Shown here piece by piece: positions 35,201-43,663 of a stretch of DNA of 64,000 nucleotides. Each line of letters begins with the position of its first letter. Positions within the stretch are counted from its first letter, which is position 1. The DNA is from an uncultured Phycisphaeraceae bacterium. Its GTDB lineage: Bacteria > Planctomycetota > Phycisphaerae > Phycisphaerales > UBA1924. The stretch is from positions 11,438 through 75,437 of the forward strand of contig CAYTAH010000002.1 in NCBI GenBank assembly GCA_964435785.1, read 5' to 3'. A program made the translations under genes and the position numbers. The notes beneath the pieces are model-generated. The model was given only the letters and a program-made list of their open reading frames with translations, did not search any database and had not been told where the DNA came from.

Positions 35201-35991
35201 CACGCTCGGAGAGACTGCGCCCGAAGGACATCAGGTCGAGCTTCCACGTCGTTAACGAATGCAGGGAGCTCGGGGCGGACCTTGTTGACTGGCAGGACCG
35301 GCTCCTGGCCGGCCTGTGCCACCTCCTCCATGCTCAGGTCGGCATCAGCGGCAACATGCGGAAGTTCGGCACGGGAGAGGCCGAGTCGCTCGGCTCCGTC
35401 CGGCGCGGCTGGCCCGACGAGCAGGCCGAGCGTCTCTGGCTGGACTACGCCCTCAACGTCCCCGTGGAGCGGACCCCCGAGTACCCCGCCCTGATCGGCA
35501 AGCACGACCGCCTCGTAACCCGGACCCGCGACCAGCTCTGGGGGCGCGAGGCGTGGTACCGCTCGCGCACGTTCAACGAGCGGCACCGGCGGGTCGGGAT
35601 CGACGACTACGTCATCTCGATCCAGCGCCTGCCGTTCGGCGACATGTGGCACTCGCTCTGGGTGCACCGGGCCATCGGCGAGCCCGGGTTCTCGCGCCGG
35701 GAGTGGTGGATCGTCCGCTGTGTTCACGAGGAGATAGGCAAGCTCATCGGCAACGCCCTGGCCTCCGCCGCCGAGCCCCGCGTCCGTGACCTCACCCCGC
35801 GCCAGCGGGACGCCCTCGACGGCCTGCTCGAGGGCCTGAGCGAGAAGGACCTGGCCGCACGCCTGGGCGTCAGCCGCGCCACCGCCCACGAGCACGTCCT
35901 GGCGATCTACCGCCACTTCGGCGTGGCGGGGAGGGCCGAGTTGCTGGCCCTCTTTGTCGGGCGGGAGGCCCCCCGATCTCGGGAGCCGTAA
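35197..35991 (+). CDS. LuxR/GerE-type HTH transcriptional regulator
   Basis: C-terminal 'LTPRQRDALDGLLEGLSEKDLAARLGVSRATAHEHVLAIYRHFGV'. The GTG start overlaps the upstream stop (GTGA). An alternative internal ATG lies at about 35357. Confidence 0.78.
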   Translation: MTRSERLRPKDIRSSFHVVNECRELGADLVDWQDRLLAGLCHLLHAQVGISGNMRKFGTGEAESLGSVRRGWPDEQAERLWLDYALNVPVERTPEYPALIGKHDRLVTRTRDQLWGREAWYRSRTFNERHRRVGIDDYVISIQRLPFGDMWHSLWVHRAIGEPGFSRREWWIVRCVHEEIGKLIGNALASAAEPRVRDLTPRQRDALDGLLEGLSEKDLAARLGVSRATAHEHVLAIYRHFGVAGRAELLALFVGREAPRSREP

Positions 35992-36132
35992 ACCGGTCGT
36001 CCGGGTCGTGCCATCGTCGGCGCACCCACCATTCGGTGGGGCGGCCTTCTCTCGGGTGTGGCGGATCATGTCTGCGGGACCGGCGGGAGGCCGGCGCTCG
36101 AGACACGCACACACGCCCAGGGAGGCTCACCG

Positions 36133-37080
36133 ATGACACGCAACCGCACGAACACACTCTGCCTGACACTGCTCGCCCTCGCCGGCGTCGCCGGCACCGC
36201 AGAGGCCGGCGATCTGTACTTCGCGGCCGACGCCGGCATCATCTGGCACTTCGACACCGACACCGGGACGGTCGGCCAGGGCGTCTCCTGCGGGGGGGCC
36301 GTCGAGGGCCTCGCCCTGCAGGGACGCGACGTGCTCGCGGCCTCGGCCGACGGGAACATCTACCGCGTCGATCTGGACACCGGGGCCTTCAAGGACGTGA
36401 TCCCGGTGAGCGGATCGCCCCTCTCGCTCACCCGCTGGGGCAACACCCTCTACCTGACCACCAGCAACGGCGACATGCAGTGGCTGGACGCCGATGACGG
36501 GTCGGTGATCGACACGTACTACGTCCACGACCCTCTCCAGGCCACGATGCTCTTCGGGAACCGGATCTTCACCGGCAGCCACAGCACGGCCGTCTACGTC
36601 TCCCCGATCGGCGAGATGGACTTCCAGTTCTTCACCGCATGCGGCGGGAGCGTGAACTCCATCACCACCAACGGGGTCGACGTCGTGATCGGGGCCCTCC
36701 AGGGCACAGTCTACATCTACGACGCGACCAACGGCAACTACAAGGGCACCTTCGCCGTCCAGTCCGACTGCGTCGGCGTCGCCTTCGTGGACGACAGGCT
36801 CTTCATCGCCGGCAGCGACGGGAAGATCCACAAGATGAACCTGGCCAATGGGGCCGTCGAGCAGACGTACGACACGGGCCGGACCATCACCGCAATGGCC
36901 TCCGCCGAGCCGTGCGCCGCCGACTTCAACGCCGACGGCGTCGTGAACACGCTTGACTTCCTTGATTTCTTCAACGCGTGGACCTCCAGGGACCAGTCGG
37001 CCGACTTCGACGGCAACGGGGTCGTCAACACCCAGGACGTGCTGGTGTTCCTCAACGCCTTCACGGCCGGGTGTGCCTGA
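36133..37080 (+). CDS. secreted beta-propeller (PQQ/WD-like) protein with dockerin-like module ending AGCA
   Basis: GGAGG RBS 7 nt upstream of the ATG. Signal peptide 'LCLTLLALAGVAGTAEA'. Repeated 'DG.I....D..TG' blades. C-terminal 'DFNADGVVNTLDFLDFFNAW...DFDGNGVVNTQDVLVFLNAFTAGCA'. Confidence 0.75.
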   Translation: MTRNRTNTLCLTLLALAGVAGTAEAGDLYFAADAGIIWHFDTDTGTVGQGVSCGGAVEGLALQGRDVLAASADGNIYRVDLDTGAFKDVIPVSGSPLSLTRWGNTLYLTTSNGDMQWLDADDGSVIDTYYVHDPLQATMLFGNRIFTGSHSTAVYVSPIGEMDFQFFTACGGSVNSITTNGVDVVIGALQGTVYIYDATNGNYKGTFAVQSDCVGVAFVDDRLFIAGSDGKIHKMNLANGAVEQTYDTGRTITAMASAEPCAADFNADGVVNTLDFLDFFNAWTSRDQSADFDGNGVVNTQDVLVFLNAFTAGCA

Positions 37081-37115
37081 GCGGCGGCGAGTCAGACCGG
37101 AACGTTCCTCGCGCA

Positions 37116-37158
37116 GACGCCCCGCCGCGCCACGACGGCGGGGCGTCGCCTTTTCTGT
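37116..37158 (+). terminator. rho-independent terminator
   Basis: GACGCCCCGCCG-8 nt-CGGCGGGGCGTC (12-bp perfect stem) followed by GCCTTTTCTGT. Confidence 0.65.
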
Positions 37159-37199
37159 CCGGTATTGTCGCGGTCGGCGGGCTCCTGTACGCTGAGCAC

Positions 37200-38036
37200 A
37201 TGAGATCCCCCCGCCAGGCAGCCGTGCCCGCGACCGGCGGCGCCTTCACGCTCATCGAGCTCCTGGTCGTCATCGCGATCATCGCCCTCCTGCTCGGCAT
37301 CCTGCTCCCCGTGCTCGGCCACGCACGCGAGGCGGGCAAGACCACCGTGTGCCTCGCGGGCCAGAAGAATCTCGCCGCGGCGTTCGTCATGTACGCCAAC
37401 GACAACGACGACGGCATCGTCTCCTCCTGGACGGACAGGCGCGATTACGACCACAGCTGGGTCGACTGGCCGATGTTCCCGACGGGGCAGTACATGGGCA
37501 CGGTCGCCCTCCGCAACGCGACCGACACGGAGGGGCACAAGCGGGGGATCCGCAACGGCAAGCTCTGGCCCTACCTCGAGGACGTCGAGATCTACCACTG
37601 CCCGTCCGACATCCGCGCCAAGGACCGCGGCATGGCGGGCGGCATCGCCTGGCGCACGTACTCCATGCCGAACTGGGTGAGCGGCGACAACGGCTGGGAG
37701 GAGTGGGTCGGCTCGTGGCGCGTCACCGCGAGGCTCACCGCCGTCCCCTTCCCCACCAAGAACATCGTGTTCCTCGAGGAGTCGGACCCCCGCGGCGTGA
37801 ACATGGACTCCTGGGTCATGCGCCTCTTCGAGGAGCGGTGGGTCGACCCGCTCACCGTCTGGCACAAGGACGCGGGCACCCTCGGCTTCGCCGACGGCCA
37901 CGCCGAGCTTCACAAGTGGGTCGAGCGCCAGACGATCGAGATGACCAAGAACCAGCAGTTCGACACGCCCTGCCCCGGGAGCCAGGACTGGGCCTACCTC
38001 GCCGACGCCTGGGTCAACACGAAGAAGACCCCGTGA
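37200..38036 (+). CDS. prepilin-type N-terminal cleavage/methylation domain protein (DUF1559-like)
   Basis: 'GGAFTLIELLVVIAIIALLLGILLP' is a class III signal. There is no adjacent pilus machinery. Confidence 0.85.
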   Translation: MRSPRQAAVPATGGAFTLIELLVVIAIIALLLGILLPVLGHAREAGKTTVCLAGQKNLAAAFVMYANDNDDGIVSSWTDRRDYDHSWVDWPMFPTGQYMGTVALRNATDTEGHKRGIRNGKLWPYLEDVEIYHCPSDIRAKDRGMAGGIAWRTYSMPNWVSGDNGWEEWVGSWRVTARLTAVPFPTKNIVFLEESDPRGVNMDSWVMRLFEERWVDPLTVWHKDAGTLGFADGHAELHKWVERQTIEMTKNQQFDTPCPGSQDWAYLADAWVNTKKTP

Positions 38037-38068
38037 GCGGGCGGTTCCGGTCGATGCGCCGGCCCGCG

Positions 38069-39070
38069 TTACTCCGCGCGCCTGAAGAGATCCAGGAATC
38101 GGTCCTCGTACTCGGGGAAGACGCCCAGCCTGTCCAGCTCGGTCTTGAGCTGGAACGCCACGTGGCGGTCGTTCTTGGCCTCCTTGAAGAGCTGCTCGAG
38201 CCTCGCCCTCGTCGCGGGGTCGAGGCGGCTGGCACGCCCGGTGTCCCGCGGCCCGGGGGCGCCGGCCCGGGAGGGCGGCTCCTCGGCATCGTCCGCCGCC
38301 TCATCCGGCGCAGCGAACTCCGCCTCCTCGTCCTCGGCCTGCGCGTGCGCCTGCTGGAGCTGCTCGAGCATCCGCACCAGGGCCTGCTCCGCGGCGTGCG
38401 AGAGGCCGTCGAGCTCCTCGAAGTCCACGTCGCACCCGACGATCTCGCAGAACGCGCCGAGCACCGCCCGCGCCGCCTTGTAGTTCGGGATGTTCATCGC
38501 GTAGAACGGGATCTCGGCGAGGAGGCACGCCCCGTCGATCTCACGCTCCGCGGCCGCGCCGAGCATCAGCCCGTTCATCCCGCCGATCTGGCCGTCGGTG
38601 GTGGGGCCGACGCCGTGGGCGGCGAGCTCGTCGAGGAGGTTTTTCGAGCTCACCGCCGCGTAGACCGTCGAGGGCTCCGTCGGATGCACCTGCGAGGCGA
38701 GCGACGCGAACGTGAAGACGCGCTCCACGCTGTGCTCGCGCACCCGGTCGAGCAGGCTGTGCACGAACGCGTACCCCTGGCGCGAGGGTTGCGCCTCGCC
38801 CAGAAAGACGATCAGCGGCCGCCCCTCGTGCTCGGCGGGCGTGCGGAAGAGCAGGCCGCGGGGCAGGTGCGGGCGCTCCACCACGCCCGAGCTGACGTCC
38901 ACGTGGTTCAGGTCGAACGTCTCGATGAGCGGGATCGTGCCCAGAGGCTCCATGCCCAGCTTGCGGGCGAGGTATCCGGCGGCGATCACCGCGACATTGC
39001 CCATGCCGGGCCACGCCGCGAGGAGATACGGCCGTAATGGCTTGTGCGACTGTGCCATGGCCAGATACAT
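38069..39070 (-). CDS. PAC2 (proteasome-assembly-chaperone-2-like) family protein with acidic/helical C-terminal extension
   Basis: 'LLAAWPGMGNVAVIAAGYL' and 'GMNGLMLGAA' fit the PAC2 layout from memory. The extension is about 100 aa. An alternative start exists at 39058. Confidence 0.6.
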   Translation of the reverse strand: MYLAMAQSHKPLRPYLLAAWPGMGNVAVIAAGYLARKLGMEPLGTIPLIETFDLNHVDVSSGVVERPHLPRGLLFRTPAEHEGRPLIVFLGEAQPSRQGYAFVHSLLDRVREHSVERVFTFASLASQVHPTEPSTVYAAVSSKNLLDELAAHGVGPTTDGQIGGMNGLMLGAAAEREIDGACLLAEIPFYAMNIPNYKAARAVLGAFCEIVGCDVDFEELDGLSHAAEQALVRMLEQLQQAHAQAEDEEAEFAAPDEAADDAEEPPSRAGAPGPRDTGRASRLDPATRARLEQLFKEAKNDRHVAFQLKTELDRLGVFPEYEDRFLDLFRRAE

Positions 39071-39201
39071 GCGATCGGCGTGCCAGCCCTACGTGGAAGG
39101 ATAGGTGTGTTCTCGGCGTTGCCGGCGTCCCCCGCGCCCCGGGTCTGCCGGAATGACAGTCGCGTCGTCGAACGCAACCGTCCGGGCGTCGGAGCGGCAT
39201 C

Positions 39202-40308
39202 TCATCGGTCGGAGGACGCGAGCGGCCGCGCCCGCACGCCGCTGCGGGTGATCTGGACTGGCTGGATCGTGCCGTCGCCGTTGAACCGCATCTCGTCGAT
39301 GCACACCTGGCGGTGATGGGGGTCGTCGTCCCCGAGCGGGCGGCGGTGGTAGACGATGTACCAGGTGTCGGCATCGGGCACGGGAATGACGGAGTGGTGC
39401 CCGGCGCCGGTGGCGACGTCGGGGTCCTGCTGGAGGATCTTGCCGATGCGCTCGAAGGGGCCGAGGGGCGAGTCGCCGATGGCGTAGGCGACGGAGTAGT
39501 TCGGCCCGCCCCAGCCGCCCTCGGACCACATGAGGTAGTAGCGGTCGCGCCCGTCGACCGGGCGCTTGAAGACGAACGGGCCCTCGACGTAGTGCTCGGG
39601 CGTGATCTCCTTGAACATCTCGTCGTCGTCGAAGGGCTCGAGGCTGAGCAGGTCGGGGGCGAGCTTCACGACGTTGCAGTGCCTCCAGCCGCCGTAGTAC
39701 ATGTAGTGCTGGCCGTCGTCGTCGCGGAAGACGAACTGGTCGATGGGCTGGGCGCCGTTGTGGAACTTGTCGATCAGGGGCTTGCCGAGGGCGTCGCGGT
39801 AGGGCCCCTCGGGCGAGTCCGCGACGGCGACGCCGATGCCGCCGACCTCCTCGTCGGACTGGATGTCGTTGGCGGCGAAGAAGAGGTAGTAGCGGTCGTT
39901 GGCGTGGATCACCGAGGGCGCCCAGAGGGCGTAGTGGCCCCAGGAGATGTCGGCGAGGTCGAGCACGCGCGGGTGCTTGGTCCAGTTGACGAGGTCGGGC
40001 GAGCTGAAGGCGTCGAGGAAGGTTTGCTTGGAGTACTGTGGGTTGATCGGGCGCTGGCTCGCGGCGTCGCCGCCGGATGCCTCCTGCGGGGGCGGCTCGG
40101 AGACGCTGTCGCCCCAGTCGTCGCTCCAGGTCGGGAAGATCCAGTAGCGATCGCCGTAGACGATCGCCTCGGGGTCGGCGTACCAGCCGGGGAGGACGGG
40201 GTTGCCAGACAAGCCGTCGGCTTTGAAAGCAGAGGGCGCGGGCTGCGCCGGCGAGGATGTCGCGAGCGCCGCAAGCACCACGGGGATCATTGATCGGCAA
40301 TAGTGCAT
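39202..40308 (-). CDS. glycoside hydrolase family 43
   Basis: 'NPVLPGWYADPEAIVYGDRYWIFPT', 'WAPSVI', 'IDQFVFRDDDG' and 'YVEGPFVFK'. The ATG at 40308 shares one nt with the HepT stop. Alternative starts at 40317 (GTG) and 40290. Confidence 0.85.
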   Translation of the reverse strand: MHYCRSMIPVVLAALATSSPAQPAPSAFKADGLSGNPVLPGWYADPEAIVYGDRYWIFPTWSDDWGDSVSEPPPQEASGGDAASQRPINPQYSKQTFLDAFSSPDLVNWTKHPRVLDLADISWGHYALWAPSVIHANDRYYLFFAANDIQSDEEVGGIGVAVADSPEGPYRDALGKPLIDKFHNGAQPIDQFVFRDDDGQHYMYYGGWRHCNVVKLAPDLLSLEPFDDDEMFKEITPEHYVEGPFVFKRPVDGRDRYYLMWSEGGWGGPNYSVAYAIGDSPLGPFERIGKILQQDPDVATGAGHHSVIPVPDADTWYIVYHRRPLGDDDPHHRQVCIDEMRFNGDGTIQPVQITRSGVRARPLASSDR

Positions 40309-40682
40309 CAAGGGCACTCCGACCAGTGTTGTTTCAGGGCGTCCTCAACGCTCTCGACAAGTTTCGGCAGATCCTGTTGAACCACCTTCCAGATCGAGTC
40401 GTTGTCAAGGTCGTGGTACGCATGCACCAGGATGTGACGCATCCCCACCATCTTCGGCCAAGGGAGCTCGGGAACGCGGGCTCGACCCACATCGGTCACC
40501 CGCGCGGCCGCCTCGCCGATCTCCAGTACGCAGTCTTTGAGCGCGCGGCGGAGCATGTGGTCGGTATCTAGATCGGCGCGGGTGCGACCGGGAACGAACG
40601 ACAGTGCCTGACGGGCCGCGTCGAGCATGTGCTGCAGTCGCGTGCGGTCCGTGAGCTGGTCGTCCTCGCCCTTACGCGGCAT
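40308..40682 (-). CDS. hepT: HepT-like (DUF86) RNase toxin, type VII TA
   Basis: Rx4HxY motif 'RHILVHAY'. 124 aa. Overlaps the upstream nucleotidyltransferase gene by 11 nt. Confidence 0.85.
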   Translation of the reverse strand: MPRKGEDDQLTDRTRLQHMLDAARQALSFVPGRTRADLDTDHMLRRALKDCVLEIGEAAARVTDVGRARVPELPWPKMVGMRHILVHAYHDLDNDSIWKVVQQDLPKLVESVEDALKQHWSECP

Positions 40683-41034
40683 AGAGCGTCCGCGCCTCCT
40701 TGACGACATCCTCCCGAAAGTATCTCGAGAGGAATCCAGGCGTCTTGAGGTCCACCTCGCGTCCAAGAAGCTCGCGGAGTTCCATGAGCATCCCACCGAG
40801 GTCCAGCAGGCTGGGCGTCTGACCGGGTGGGAACTCGACGAGCACATCTATATCGCTGTCCGGGCCGAAATCATCGCGGAGGATCGAGCCGAACAGAGCC
40901 AAGCGGGCGACACCGTGCCGCCGGCAGAACTCAGCGATCTTGTCGTCGGGTATGTTCACACCGTGGAGTTGCACCTGCCGTCTCCTCGCGTCCTTCCAGT
41001 ATACCTCTGAATGGCCGGGGCGGATCCGTTTCAT
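40672..41034 (-). CDS. mntA: MntA-like minimal nucleotidyltransferase antitoxin
   Basis: 'LFGSILRDDFGPDSDIDVLVEF' is the GSx(n)DxD NTase motif. The ATG overlaps the TPR gene stop (ATGA). Confidence 0.85.
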   Translation of the reverse strand: MKRIRPGHSEVYWKDARRRQVQLHGVNIPDDKIAEFCRRHGVARLALFGSILRDDFGPDSDIDVLVEFPPGQTPSLLDLGGMLMELRELLGREVDLKTPGFLSRYFREDVVKEARTLYAA

Positions 41035-41849
41035 CGGCCGTCAGACCCATGATGCCGGCGGGCCCGCGAGCGCAGTCGGGCGAGGTCGTCTCGGGCTCTC
41101 TGGTAGTCGGGGTTCGCCGCGAGTGACTTCTCGTAAAAGGAGATCGCCTGACGCCTCGTCCCTCGACACTCCGCGATGTACCCCAGGTTTGCGAGCGCGA
41201 CGTAATCGCCGGGGTCTCGCTCCAGCGCGTTCATCGCAGCGTGCTCGGCTTGATCATGCTCGTGCAGAGCCGTGAGCGTGCCCGCAAGGTCGGCCCAGGC
41301 CATTGCGTCATCGGGGGCCAGTGCGACCGCTGACTCGAGAAGCGCTCGCGAGAGGTCGAATGACCCAACCTGCCCGGCTGATGCGCCCACGTTCCTCAGG
41401 AACTCTGGATCGTTGCTGAACCCGGTGCGCAACCGCTCCGTCTCAGCCAGGAACTCTTTGGCACCCAGCACGCGCCTCACTGCGTCGAGGTAACCCCACG
41501 CGAGTGCCGCATTCGCGGGCGCCAACTCGAGCGCGCGACGACGTTCGCGGAGCTCGGCATCGGGTCGGTCGAGTCGTTGCAGCACGATTGCGCGGTTCGC
41601 CGCGACCAACGCATCGTCCGAAAACTCCTCCGCCAGTTGATCCAAGATCCCGAGCGCTTCCTGCAATCCACCGGCATCCGAGAGGAGGTTGGCAAGGGTG
41701 CCTCGATACCGTGGGCTCGACGGCTCTGGGTCGTGTGCTCCGGCAAGGAGGTCAATCGCCGCGCCCAACCGTCCCGCCCCCGCCAGCGCGAGCGCGCGAT
41801 CGACGCAGTCCTCACGGGGCGACCCGGGACTCTCCGCCGGCTCGTTCAT
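41031..41849 (-). CDS. TPR repeat protein
   Basis: Several 34-aa TPR-like units ('AMAWADLAGTLTALHEHDQAEHAAMNALERDP', 'ALANLGYIAECRGTRRQAISFYEKSLAANP'). The ATG overlaps the MCC beta stop (ATGA). Confidence 0.75.
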   Translation of the reverse strand: MNEPAESPGSPREDCVDRALALAGAGRLGAAIDLLAGAHDPEPSSPRYRGTLANLLSDAGGLQEALGILDQLAEEFSDDALVAANRAIVLQRLDRPDAELRERRRALELAPANAALAWGYLDAVRRVLGAKEFLAETERLRTGFSNDPEFLRNVGASAGQVGSFDLSRALLESAVALAPDDAMAWADLAGTLTALHEHDQAEHAAMNALERDPGDYVALANLGYIAECRGTRRQAISFYEKSLAANPDYQRARDDLARLRSRARRHHGSDGR

Positions 41850-43663
41850 GTCTGCAGCACCCCCGTCCGAAACTCCCTCGAATAGTCCCAGTTCGCCGTG
41901 GCGCCCAGCGCCGCGATCAGTTCCTCCCGCGTCCGGTGCGGCTCGATGATCCGGTCCACCCAGCCGCGGGCGGCCCCATGACGGATGTCCTGCTGCTCGT
42001 TGTAGCTCGCCCGCACCGCGTCCATGATCGCCTTGTGCGTCTCGGGGTCGATCTTCTCGCCCTTGCGCTCGCGGCTCTTCTCCTCGATCATCGCCAGCGT
42101 CCCCGTCGCCTGGGCCGCGCCCATCACGGCGCACTTGGCGCTGGGCCAGGCGAAGCTGATCGTCTGCTCGAACGCGCGCCCGCACATCGCGTAATTGCCC
42201 GCCCCGTAGCTGCTCCCCATGATGACGACGAGCTTGGGCACCACGCAGTTGCTCATCGCGTTGACCAGCTTGGCCCCGGCGCGGATGATCCCGCCCTGCT
42301 CGCTGTCGCGCCCCACCATGAAGCCGGTCGTGTCGTGCAGGAACACCAGCGGGATCTTCCGCTGGTTGCAGTCCATGATGAAGCGGGCCGCCTTGTCCGC
42401 CGAGTCGTCGTAGATCACGCGCGGCATGTTCGTCGCCTTGTGCGGCCCGGCCCGGCCGCCGGGCATGACCCGGGTCGTGAGCTTGCCCTGGTTGGCGACG
42501 ATCCCGACCGGCCGGCCCCCGATCCGGGCGTAGCCGCAGACGAGCGACTGCCCGTACTCGGCCTTGTACTCGTCGAAGTCGGGGGCGAGGGACTCGTGCC
42601 CGTCGGTGTTCGGCACCGCCCGCGCATCGACGATGCAGGCGATGATCTCCTCGACGTCGTACTGCTGGCCCGGCTTGTCGGTGAAGAGGGTGTAGATGTC
42701 CGAGGACGATCGGAAGGCTGAAGCGGCGACCGAGTGACGGAGTGACGAAGCGACGAAGGGCTCTGCATCGAAGCCGGCAGCATCGCTCGGCCGCCCCTCC
42801 GTCGCTTCGTCGCTGCGTCGCTTCGTCGCTCCGTACTTTCCCACCAGCTCCCGCACCCGCCGGATGCACGCCTTGTCATCCGGCTCCCGGAAGTCGATCG
42901 TCCCCGAGATCTGCGCGTGCATCTCCGCCCCGCCCAGCTCCTCGTCGCTGACCTCCTGCCCGATCGCCGCTCGCACGAGCGCCGGCCCTGCGAGGTAGAG
43001 CCCCGAGCCCTCGGTCATGAGCAGCGTGTCGCACAGCACCGGCAGGTACCCGCCCCCCGCCACGCAATACCCCATGATCGCCGCGATCTGCGGCACGCCC
43101 TCCGCCGAGAGCACGCTGTTGAGGTAGAAGATTCGCCCGAAGTCGTCGGTATCCGGGAAGACGTCCTCCTGCATCGGCAGGAACACCCCCGCCGAGTCCA
43201 CCAGGTAGATCAGCGGCAGCCGGCACTGGCGGGCGATGTGCTGCGCCCGGATGATCTTCTTGCACGTCATCGGGAAGAAGGCGCCCGCCTTCACCGTCGC
43301 GTCGTTGGCGATGATCATGTGCGGGCGGCCGTGGATGACGCCGACGCCGGTGACCACGCCCGCGGCGGGGGCTCCGCCCTGCTCGGCGTACATGTTGAAC
43401 GCCGCCCACAGGCCCAGTTCGAGGAAGCCGGGGATCTCGGCGGCGTGGGGATCGGTGGTTGACGCGCCACTCCCGAGCTTGCGCTCGGGGCCCGTGGACG
43501 CGTCCGGAGGATCCACCAGCCGCGCGATGCGCTCGCGGGCCGTGAGACGACCCTTCTCGTGCTGACGCTCAATCGCCTTCGCGCCGCCGCCCTGGCGGAT
43601 CTTCGCCTCGGACGAGAGAAACTGGGCTGTGATTTCGCGGAGGCCGTTGGTCGGTTCGGGCAA
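41846..43663 (-). CDS. methylcrotonyl-CoA carboxylase carboxyltransferase (beta) subunit / acyl-CoA carboxylase beta
   Basis: 'GGGAKAIERQHEKGRLTARERI', 'GGAFFPMT.KK..RAQ.IA' and 'GSSYGAGNYAMCGRAF'. At 605 aa it is about 70 aa longer than typical, owing to two insertions. Confidence 0.92.
   Translation of the reverse strand: MPEPTNGLREITAQFLSSEAKIRQGGGAKAIERQHEKGRLTARERIARLVDPPDASTGPERKLGSGASTTDPHAAEIPGFLELGLWAAFNMYAEQGGAPAAGVVTGVGVIHGRPHMIIANDATVKAGAFFPMTCKKIIRAQHIARQCRLPLIYLVDSAGVFLPMQEDVFPDTDDFGRIFYLNSVLSAEGVPQIAAIMGYCVAGGGYLPVLCDTLLMTEGSGLYLAGPALVRAAIGQEVSDEELGGAEMHAQISGTIDFREPDDKACIRRVRELVGKYGATKRRSDEATEGRPSDAAGFDAEPFVASSLRHSVAASAFRSSSDIYTLFTDKPGQQYDVEEIIACIVDARAVPNTDGHESLAPDFDEYKAEYGQSLVCGYARIGGRPVGIVANQGKLTTRVMPGGRAGPHKATNMPRVIYDDSADKAARFIMDCNQRKIPLVFLHDTTGFMVGRDSEQGGIIRAGAKLVNAMSNCVVPKLVVIMGSSYGAGNYAMCGRAFEQTISFAWPSAKCAVMGAAQATGTLAMIEEKSRERKGEKIDPETHKAIMDAVRASYNEQQDIRHGAARGWVDRIIEPHRTREELIAALGATANWDYSREFRTGVLQT
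42726..42833. repeat. imperfect inverted repeat built from tandem octamers, in-frame inside the MCC beta gene
   Basis: The left arm (42726-42760) has three GNAGYGAC-type octamers. The right arm (42795-42833) has four CGTCGCTN octamers. The arms are about 29/37 complementary around a 34-nt loop. Confidence 0.7.
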
